Assembly: GCF_006345805.1 (NCBI RefSeq)
Contig: NC_043000.1
Location: 145,328,001-145,392,000 of the forward strand
Direction: 5' to 3'
Length of the DNA: 64,000 nt
From: Octopus sinensis
Lineage: Eukaryota
The translations under genes and the position numbers were made by a program. The notes beneath the pieces are model-generated. The model did not search any database. It saw only the letters and a list, made by a program, of their open reading frames with translations, and was not told the DNA's origin. Of this stretch, positions 53,781 through 64,000 are shown one piece after another (position 1 is the first letter of the stretch; each line of letters begins with the position of its first letter).

Positions 53781-54089
53781 CTATGATGATGATGATGATG
53801 ACGATGATGATAATTAATGGAACCCACGACAAAACCAAGCAAAGGAACGGTGGACAAATACTATTAAATATTTGATTTAGGAATTACACACACACTACTA
53901 TGCAACTTCCCTCCAAAGTCATATAAGTATAAACACATACTGTAAATACCCAAGAAAATTAACAAAAGCCACCACATATGTCATACAATGCTGATAGCCG
54001 ATAGAAGAACACAATTTGTGCTACACAAACAACATACATACAAGATAAAAGCTAATACAACCAAATACTTTCCTCCGATTAACAGGTCT

Positions 54090-54400
54090 ACGCTTAGAAC
54101 GGTGCCTTCCAGTCTTGCAATTTTTGCAACATTGGCCTACCTATTGGTAAATTCACACGAGGACAGCGCCTCGCTCGCCACTCTCACTTGTAGGGATTTG
54201 GGGCATGTCTAGGGCATTCGTTCACGTTATAGGTAATGGTTCCGTCCACTCTATGATTGATGCCGCACAAAGGAGTCACTTGCTTATTCTTACCGTCGAC
54301 CCTCCAGTTCGTGGCCAAATCTTAGTTTTGTGCTGCATGTATAGTGCTCTCATCTCTATATTCAGTGCTTTTTTCTTCAGCTAATCACACCTGTTTTCCA
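54090..54400 (-). mobile_element. Probable RTE-clade LINE 3' remnant
   Basis: Reverse strand resembles decayed ...G.RKQGRP..W...IIEWT region; weak. Confidence 0.4.
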
Positions 54401-54729
54401 GTCACTCTATTTGTGGCTATATAGAACTTATTTTATAATCCTTTGTTGCGTAAAACTTCTTCATGTCCTTAAACAACTTTTCCTTTTGCTTTTCCATTTT
54501 TACTCTGCTTTCAGTACCCCTCATTCCTAATTGATATTACCAAGGATTCCTTACCTTGAAATAGGTATCTCATTAAGTTTATTATTATTATTATTCATAT
54601 ACGCACAACACATTTCACTGTTGGTAAAGAGTAATTCCTAACATCGGGCTGCAACACTTAACAGTAGATGTCAAGAACACGCCTAAGTATCCTAGCTGTA
54701 CTAAACTGGGATTTATGCATATTTCCTCT

Positions 54730-54937
54730 ATCCATCCGTTCGATTTTTAGGGATAGTTCCTAATGCACCTATAAATACTGAGATATATTTTACTCGAACT
54801 TTCCATAGTCTGTAATTCAAAGACTATATCTTGGTACTTTGGTATTTTCTCAATACCTCTCATATTGATATTTTTCTTCATTTCGGACTGTAAATCAATT
54901 ATTTGGCGCTTCCTCATCTTTTTAACTACTACTACTA

Positions 54938-54972
<35 letters not shown>

Positions 54973-55345
54973 ACTACTACTACTAGAAGTACTAAACCAG
55001 GCATTGTAGCTTCTATTATTCTGTCAGTCTGAACGTTAAATCCAACAACATCTTATATTTTTTTTTAATTTCTAGTACATTACTAAGCTCATGTTCATAC
55101 CATTTACCAGTATGTTCAAATCCTAGCTTTCTACATAGCTCCCTGTGGATTACTCCCCCGAGAGTATCATGTCTTTCCATGTAGTCTTTCTGTACCAGCA
55201 TGCTATATTCACTTTATGTATAACTATTTCCTCTTTTAATTTTGTATAAACTATATTCGGACTGCACTTGGACTATTGTTTAACATGGAACTATTCAATT
55301 AGTCTTTAATGCTTGATATTGTGCTGCTACTAAAAAACTTTCTGT
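54730..55345 (-). mobile_element. Dong/R4 remnant (knuckle + RLE) split by (TAC)n
   Basis: TESFLVAAQYQALKTN; ERHDTLGGVIHRELCRKLG...KWYEH; EKIPKYQD...FIGALGTIPKN. Confidence 0.75.
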
Positions 55346-55384
55346 TTTATTATTATTATTATTATCATTATTATTATTATTTAT

Positions 55385-55445
55385 TATATGAGGAAAAGAA
55401 GGAGAAGGAAAAGACGAACGAGAAGAAGGAGAAGAAGAAGAAGAA

Positions 55446-55476
<31 letters not shown>

Positions 55477-55605
55477 GAGAAGAAGAAGAGGAAGAAGGAG
55501 AAGTAGTAGAAGAAGTAGAAGGAGTAGAAGAAGAAGAAGAAGAAGAAGAAGAAGGAAGAAGAAGAAGAAGAAGAAGAAGAAGAAGAAGAAGAAGAAGAAG
55601 AAGAA
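55385..55605. repeat. (GAA)n compound microsatellite
   Basis: Read directly. Confidence 0.95.
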
Positions 55606-55700
55606 TACACATGCCAAAGGTGCCAGAACCATGTGGTTGGTAAGCAAGCTACTTTATTTTATTAAATTTGCCATAAAGCCAATACACAGAGGGGACACTG
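55606..55700 (-). mobile_element. Short Tx1-type 3' end fused to a truncated SINE-A head
   Basis: Reverse strand gtcccctctgtgtattggctttatggcaaatttaataaaataaa|gtagcttgcttaccaaccacatggttctgg; parallels 62546-62590. Confidence 0.7.
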
Positions 55701-56614
55701 CAACACATGTGGGGACATGTGGGGACATGTATTATTAATAATGATAAGGGTGATGACGGCAACGACAGCAATGAAGACAACGACGACAGCTACAACGATA
55801 GCGACGATAAAAATAATAACTAGTATCTTGACCTTCATAAACGGGGTCAAGGCAGCATGTTACTTATACTTATTAATTCACCTGGGGTTCAAAACCGTTG
55901 CATAACATTTGATGGGACATTTACAAATGTACGAAAATTCTGCAGAGAATGTAGCATCGTCTCTACTAACAAAATCATTTTGACTCTACTATATTATTTT
56001 TTCCCGAAAATTCAGAAAACCAAAGTAAAATACTTGTCTAAGAAATGTGTACAAGGTTATCATTACGCTTATACTATTTTTCATTTTTGCTTCATTCATG
56101 ATTTTATATTTTGAAATTTGCTATTTATATTTGTAATATTTTATTTTCATTAATTCTAATTTAGTTTCAATCGATAAACAGGAATTCTTTGAACGCAAAT
56201 ATCGATTTTGGATCTGTTGTTTAGTCAATTCTTTATGACGATGCGACCGAAACAGATCTCGTAACAAACCAGAATTTTTTTTTTTTAATGGTGTTGGGCT
56301 GCGAAACTTATGGAAGTTTCATTTTCCAAAAAAAATGTTAAGTCAACTAAATTAAATTATATGAAAAATATATAAATTTTGAATAAAATGAAGAGAAATA
56401 TGCTGGAATGAAAAAGTAAAATATCTCACCAGTTATCTATCCTCGTATGCTTATAAATATAATCGATATGGATATGGAAATACATACAGATACACGCAGG
56501 CGCATTGCTGTGTGTGTGTACGTAGTTGTGTGCATACATGACCATGTATACATACAAATTCATGATACAGATATATACATAGTGAGAAAGGAGGGAAGAG
56601 AGAGAATGATAGAT

Positions 56615-57012
<398 letters not shown>

Positions 57013-57519
57013 GTATAAAAGAATATACACGACTTTACCAAAATATACAAGTGTATAATATTCGACCAAAAAGAAAGGATCGATAGAAAAAATATGGATA
57101 GTGAATATATCAGAGGAAAATAACAGTTAGGAAGAATCATCAGAAGGAAGCACATAAAAATGAATGAATGCGTAGAAGAAAATGTAAGAATGCTCAAGAA
57201 GAATGAAATAAATGTAAACAGGAAGGTGAACACAATACAAATTATGGTTAAGAGTAAGAATTAAAAGTGACAGGAAGGTATAGAAAAAATTAGCAAAATC
57301 AATGAAGGAATGCAAATACACGATGTAGAGAAAGGCACAGATTGAAGAAATATGAAGTCACGAACAGAGAATAATTAAAGAGTAACAACAATATGTTTCT
57401 GTGCATGCATGCATATATAAAACGATATTACAAGCGTCCCCTGCATATATATATATATGTGTGTTTGTGCATGAAGGTGCGTATGTGCGTGTGTGTGTGT
57501 GTGTGTGTGTTTACTTATA

Positions 57520-57758
57520 CTCTTATGCTTTTATTTGTTTCAATCATTTGCCTGCGGCCATGTTGGAGCACTGTCTTTAGTCGAAGAAAACGACCCCAGA
57601 ACTTATTCTTTGTAAGCCTAGTACTTATTGTATCGGTGTCTTTTGCTGAAGCCCTAAGTTACGAGGTCGTAGACTCGCCAACATCGGTTGTCTAGCGATG
57701 ATGGGGAACAATTTTAGTCACAAACACACACACACACACACAACACACACATATATAT

Positions 57759-57802
<44 letters not shown>

Positions 57803-57983
57803 ATATATATTATATATATATATATATATATCTATATATGTATATATATATATACGCGGCCCTTCTTTCAGTTTCCATCTACCAAATCCACTCACAAGGC
57901 TTTAGTCGGCCCGAGGCTGTAGCAGAAGACACTTGCCAAAGGTGCCATTGAACCCAGAACCATGTGGTTGGTAACCAAGCTAC
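57520..57983 (-). mobile_element. SINE family A with expanded internal (AT)n
   Basis: Reverse complement of head (ctacttaccc...gccacgcc) and tail. Confidence 0.85.
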
Positions 57984-58599
57984 TTACCCAACAGCCACGC
58001 CTGCAAGGTTATTGATATATTTATTGATATTTATTTAGTTTACTTTGTGTATATGAATATTTTTTTTACACTGTAAGCAAGAGTGTTTGAGTAGGAGAAC
58101 ACACAACTAATACACAGCATTATACATGCACGCTTTCGTTGAGAGTGATTGTCACTTTTTCGTAATTGTGTGGAATACACATTTTCCAGTATAGATAAAT
58201 GTATGCCTGTGTATGTGCGCGTGCGTGTACGTGTGCATGTGTGTAGGTGACAGGGAATGTATTTGTTGAATTAAGTTTTACGACGATGGATATGCAGTTG
58301 TTTGATCAACTGAATATCGTTCTCCTGAAGCTATATATAAGTGGCAGAAAGTTCTGCTGGCTCTTTTACCCTTCAGGTAATTCTGAAGAAAAGTATGTGA
58401 TAATGGTAAGTATTTAGAATAATAAACGAAATATATACGTATAAACATATATGTATATCTTTATGTATGTATGTATCTATGTATGTATGTATGACGTTAT
58501 TAAGTTTATTTCAAGATTTCTTGCCAAAAGGGAGAACCAGTTTCTAACCTAGATCCATGATTCCTTCATTGGAATTTCAACATCAACAACAGGGTATTT

Positions 58600-58774
58600 T
58601 TGTATGTATGTATGTATGTATGTAGTTATGTATGTATGTATGTATGTATGTATGTATGTATGTATGTATGTATGTATGTATGTATGTATGTATGTATGTA
58701 TGTATGTATGTATGTATGTATGTATGTATGTATGTATGTATGTATGTATGTACGTATGTATGTATGTATGTATG

Positions 58775-58805
<31 letters not shown>

Positions 58806-59320
58806 ATATGTATGTATGTATGTGCAGATTTGTTTGTTTTATGGATGTATACTCATGCATATAGTTGCATATCTAGACATGCTCATATATATTTAAATGA
58901 TAAACATCTGGAAAAAAGTTAACCGATTTTTACAATTTCAATGATGGATTCGATCTGTAGTCTCCGAATTAGCTTTCTCCTTTCTGGTTTTTGAGAAACC
59001 CAATTTCTTAAGATTGGTATTTAGGCAGCGTGATATATACATCACCTCCTCCATAATTATAGGCATAATTTGTAATCTAGATAGAGTAACTGAAGATTTC
59101 TCAATAGTTCAGTATAGGTGTTCTCTTTTTCACTGTCTTTAGTTTTATGTTCACATTCGTTGGGCAGCTAATTTCCTCAAATTTGCACAGTTTCTCTTCT
59201 CTATCCCAAATCATTATATCAGGTCTTGCATGTTATTCAGGGTTTCACTGATACATTCCACCTGTATTCCTTTCTATTATGAGTGGTTATGGCTTCTATG
59301 TATGTATGTATGTATGTATG

Positions 59321-59351
<31 letters not shown>

Positions 59352-59475
59352 GTATGTATGTATGTATGTATGTATGTATGTATGTATGTATGTATGTATG
59401 TATGCATGTATGTATGTATGCATGCATGCATGTATGTATGTATCTGTGTATGTATATATGTACGTACGTAGGTAG
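58600..59475. repeat. Two (TATG)n arrays (58600-58822, 59297-59475)
   Basis: Read directly; source of MYVC ORFs. Confidence 0.95.
58865..59285 (-). mobile_element. Dong/R4-type RLE remnant between (CATA)n arrays
   Basis: Reverse strand frameshifted RPDIMIWDREEKLCKFEEISCPTNVNIKLK (PD..D/E-xK-type nuclease). Confidence 0.65.
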
Positions 59476-59569
59476 GTATTATGTATTTATAGTGTCCACA
59501 TAGAATATATTTTCCAGTGTCGCATATGTATACATGTATAGGGCGTTAGAAGCTCCAGCAAGGAGAGAC

Positions 59570-59927
59570 ATACGGATTAAGTTGATTACATCGACTCCAG
59601 AGCGTAAATGGAACTTATTTAATAGACCCCCGAGAGGATGAAAGGCAAAGTCGACCACGTCGGAATTTGAACTCAGAACGTAGTGGCAGACGAAATACCT
59701 ATTTCTTTACTACCCACAAGGGGCAAAATATAGAGAGGACAAACAAGGACAGACAAACGGATTAAGTCGATTATATCGACCCCAGTGCGTAACTGTTACT
59801 TAATTTATCGACTCCGAAATTATGAAAGTCAAAGTCGACCTCGGCGGAATTTGAACACAGAACGTAGCGCCAGACGAACTAAGCATTTCGCCCGGCGTGC
59901 TAACGATTCCGCCAGCTTGCCGCCTTA
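59570..59927 (-). mobile_element. SINE family B head-to-tail dimer
   Basis: Tail of the 59700-59927 copy (...aaagaaata) joins ggtatttcgtctgcc inside the head of a second copy. Confidence 0.85.
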
Positions 59928-60054
59928 AATGGACTTATATAGTACTTCATGCATTATGACGTAAGCCAATAATTACTAACATATTTAATGCATACATTTA
60001 AATTCATATGATGCTGGAAAATAGTTATCAGTTGTCTTTAACTGGTTTTGTTTC

Positions 60055-60280
60055 ATTATTCTTACTCTTTTACTTGTTTCAGTCAGTTGACTGTGGCCAT
60101 GCAGGAGCATCACCTTTGGTCGAGCAAATTCACCCGAAAACTTATTCTTTGTGAGCCTAGTACTTATTCTATCTGTCTATTTTGCCGAACCGCTAAGTTA
60201 CAGGGACGTTAGCACACCACCATCGGTTGTCAAGCGATGGTTGAGGGACAAACACAGACGCACAAACATATACACACACA

Positions 60281-60366
<86 letters not shown>

Positions 60367-60546
60367 GACGAGCTGGTAGAAACGTTAGCACGCCGGGCGA
60401 AATGCGTAGCCGTATTTCGTCTGCCGTTACGTTCTGGGTCCAAACTCCGCCGAGGTTGACTTTGCCTTTCATCCTTTCGGGGTCGATAAATTAAGTTTGT
60501 CTGTCCTTGTTTGTCCCCTCTCTGTTTAGCCCCTTTTGTGTAGTAA

Positions 60547-60616
<70 letters not shown>

Positions 60617-60775
60617 GGCGGTCTTCTTTCAGTTTCCGTCTAGCAGATCCACTAACAAGGCTTTGGTCGGCTTGAGGCTAGATTAGAAGACACTTGCCCA
60701 AAAGTCCCTGCAGTGGGACTGAACCCAAAACCATGTAGTTGGTAAGCACGTTACTTACCACACATATCAATCATT
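60055..60775 (-). mobile_element. SINE family A interrupted by a nested SINE-B
   Basis: 3' half 60055-60285, 5' half 60613-60775, with (AT)n on both sides of the insert. Confidence 0.85.
60366..60548 (+). mobile_element. SINE family B nested in the (AT)n of SINE-A
   Basis: gacgagctggtagaaacgttagc...tttgtctgtccttgtttgtcccctct...gtaaag; internal deletion. Confidence 0.88.
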
Positions 60776-60789
60776 CTTGAGAAATTACA

Positions 60790-61315
60790 TCAGATTGTCG
60801 TGATCTCCATCTGAAATCATTAAACAAGTTTCACATTTATAATCTACAACCACCTGTTCTAACCAGCTGCCATTCAAACTGTTTCCGTCAGTTCAGTTTT
60901 GTATTTAATATTTCATATGGAAATTTCAATGATCCTGACGGCTCAGGATCATGTTGCATAGACCTCTTACTGTATCCGTTGAAAGATTTTCCAGCATCTT
61001 TAGGCTTTGACTAGCAGCTGGACCTTTCCCCATAGCGCAAGCAATAATTCACAGGATTACAGTTTTATCATCATCATTGTAGTTTTATCATCATTACAGT
61101 TTTATCATTACAGTTTTTCATCATTACAGTTTTATCATCCCTCTTATTGCTCTTATCATCCCTCTAGTCATCCAGTCTGGTGTTATTCCTCCATTAATGC
61201 AATCCCGAAGTTGTTCCCTTAAGCTCCGATGTAAACTGATGAAATTCTTTAGCCAATAGCCTTGAACTAAATCCGGTACTTGGCCCTTCCAATTCGGCAC
61301 TTTTCCTAACAAATT
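60790..61315 (-). mobile_element. Dong/R4 remnant, RT N-terminal region
   Basis: KVPNWKGQVPDLVQGYWLKNFISLH...PDWMTRG (PGPD / W.T.G motif region). Confidence 0.7.
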
Positions 61316-61319
61316 ACTC

Positions 61320-61530
61320 ATTCGTGGCACTCCATCGGTTACGACGACCAGGGCTTCAGTTGATCCGATCAATAGAACAGCTTGCTCATGAAATTAACGT
61401 GCAAGTGGATGAGCACTCCACAGATATGTGTACGCGTAACGTAGTGTGACATGTGTGGCCCTTTGAAATACAGTTATAGCAGAAATAAGAAGAGCGAGAG
61501 AAATTTGTGGTGAAAGAGTACAGCAGGTTT
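61320..61530 (-). mobile_element. SINE family C, 3' part
   Basis: tggcactcc...gttgatccgatcaa...aaattaacgtgca...tggtgaaagagtacag matches 17605-17810. Confidence 0.65.
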
Positions 61531-62114
61531 CGCCACCACTCTTTCTTTCTCACCATCTCTCCCTCTCCACTCTTTCTCTCTCTCTCTCTCTCTCTCTCTT
61601 TGATTTATCACGTTAAAAAAATCAGGTGCAGTCATTGAACGAGTTCACTGAATTCAACGATTAAAGCGTATATCTGTGTCTATGTACTTGTATATATGTG
61701 TATATGTATTTATGTATGTGTGCATGTGTGTAAGTGTGTACGTATGTGTGCATATATGCATGTATGCATGTGTATGTGAGAACATGTAAGAATATGTATA
61801 GTTGGTTGTCCTGCTGGAAATAACAGCCAAATCTCTCTCAATGTTACACACTAGCATTATATAAACGAGAAGACACGTTGGATAAGATGGAAAAAATACA
61901 CACGCGCACACACACGTATTTATTCCCTATAAAAGAACTTTCGTTTTTTTACCCATTCCCCACAAAATAGCACTGTTTTTTGTCACCCACATGTCTTATC
62001 TGTTATACTTTTCTCCCACCTATCTCTCTCTCTCGCTTTCTCTTTCATGACCCGATGACCCGGAAGTTGTTGCTCTTGCATTTCTTTCGCAATCGGCATT
62101 ATCTGTCTTCAGCT

Positions 62115-62343
62115 CAATACACTCTTTACTCTTTTACTTACATGTTTCAGTCATTTGACTGAGGCCATGCTGGAGCACCGCCTTTTAGTCGAGCAAATCT
62201 ATTCTATCGATCTCTTTTGCCGAACCGCTAAGTTACGGGGACGTTACGACACCAGCATCGGTTATCAAGCAATGCTAGGAGACAAACACAAACACATAAA
62301 CACACACACACACACACACAACACACACACACACACACACACA

Positions 62344-62404
<61 letters not shown>

Positions 62405-62545
62405 TACGACAGGCTTTTTTCAGTTTCCGTCTACCAAATCCACTCACAAGGCATTGGTCGGCCCGGCGCTATAGCAGAAGACACTTGCCCAAGATGCCAC
62501 GCAGTGGGACTGAACCCAGAACCATGTGGCTGTTTAGCAAGCTAC
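62115..62545 (-). mobile_element. SINE family A lacking its first ~25 nt
   Basis: Complete from gtagcttgct onward; 5' end replaced by the Tx1 3' terminus. Confidence 0.9.
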
Positions 62546-64000
62546 TTTATTTCATATAATTTGCCATTTAGGCATTTACAAAGAGGGGACAAACAAGGAC
62601 AGACAAATATAAAGGGTGAAGTAGCTTAACACAGTTACAATTTTCGAATGAAATTACGGATAAGATTATAAACAATGAATTTTACGGAGACAATGTTTAA
62701 AAATATTAATGATCATGTCGAAGGACGGACACCCAGCCATCCGGGTAGAACCTTTACTTTCTAATCCGGTCACACTTACCTGGTGCCAAACATACCCATC
62801 TTGCATGCCACAGGCTTCCATCTTTTCACAAACATATATTGTGACAGGCACCTCTTCTCCAGCCTGATTTTGCTACTGAGGTGGTAACTAAAAAAGTTAA
62901 TCAACCCCTGGCCGGAGACAAAGGTGCCTGTCACTATACCTTTCGTACGCGTCTTCCATACTGTTTCTTTCAGTATGGCTACTTCACAGAAAAAACAAGC
63001 CTTTCTTTCCCTGTTAAGGAAAGGGGGCGGCACAATCTCGATGATAGACTCAGCTGATAGCTGTACTCTTCCCATCACTGACAACAGTTGTTCAACAAAA
63101 GCTATCAGTCCCGATAACTCCGGACACTCCACGAATGCGTGCAAGACGGTCTCCCTATCCTGCTCACATCGCGGGCATGTCGGCGAGACGGCACTACCGT
63201 GCCTTGACAGCTTGTCGCGAACAGGTAAAGCCGCACGGAAACACTGCCAGGCCAGGGATTTCTGGTAATTATCCAGATACCCCGGCCCGAACGTCCTCCG
63301 GAACAGGTTGACCAACTGATTTTCATCGTAGCCCAGGGTCTCCCCAAGGCGTCTTCGGACTTAATCTCCACTAACCCGCTATAGAAATCCGTGGTGGAAC
63401 TCCTGTTGCCGGCGTTGCCCACCCAAGATAGTAGCTGGAGCGCCTGACGGCACTCCAAATGCCATTCACTCAGTTTAGGTCTCCGCTTGATCCATGCACC
63501 GATGTCCGTTAGGGATGTTAACTGGGGAAGGTAGAACCGGACGTGCGGTGACCACACCTGCTCTCCATCCAGGTAAAGCCAGAGGTGCCTCAACCTTAAC
63601 GCGAGTTTTCGCATCCTCAGCCAAGGCATCCCTAGCCCACCCTTTAGCAGTTTCTGGCAGCAGACAGAGCGCTTTACAAGTGGCTTTCCTCCTTTCCACA
63701 AAAATCGGAAAAGGATTCTCTCCAACTTGTTCAGTCACAAATCGGGGCAAGGCACCACGGTCAGACGGTAGGTGATTACTGATGCTATAAACATCTGCAC
63801 CACCTCCGCCTTCCCTAGCAGGGATAACGCCCGCCCAGACCAGGTCTGGGTTAGAGCGGTCACCTTGTTGGCCACCTCACTCCAATTTTTCTCAATCTGG
63901 AGGTCTGGCCCGAACCAGACTCCGAGCAGCTTAACAGGACCTTCCGTCCAACGCCCTACGACGTTATTGGACGGCATCGGCTTGCCCCTCCAGGTGCCGA
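62546..64000 (-). mobile_element. Tx1/L1-clade LINE 3' part, running off the window
   Basis: Overlapping ORFs 63735-63977, 63105-63725, 62776-63315: LLGVWFGPDLQIEKNW, GGLGMP, CPRCEQDRETVLHAFVEC (zf-RVT); homologous to the 19181-20392 C-terminus. Confidence 0.9.

Overview
AT-rich, repeat-saturated eukaryotic DNA. The SINE, Dong/R4, mariner and microsatellite content points to a cephalopod (Octopus-like) genome, which is an inference. No host gene can be confidently identified; nearly all ORFs in the track come from microsatellites or tandem repeats. Supported content: a 2.9-kb 22-bp satellite with a ~1011-bp higher-order period abutting a 9-bp array; a full-length frameshifted mariner (TIRs, TA TSD) next to a 5'-truncated CR1 LINE; two Tx1/L1-clade LINE copies plus an isolated Tx1-type 3' end; a Penelope-like remnant; about a dozen Dong/R4 (RLE-type) remnants, mostly in microsatellites; at least three tRNA-derived SINE families (my labels A, B, C); a ~550-bp AAT-tailed repeat (D); a 100-N gap; and two ~1.09-kb duplications that may be assembly artefacts. 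Most interesting signal: two Tx1-type 3' ends join the same nucleotide of the SINE-A tRNA head, and SINE-B shares its 3' tail with Tx1. This suggests a SINE-targeting Tx1 LINE with a partner SINE. Coordinates of degenerate remnants are approximate.
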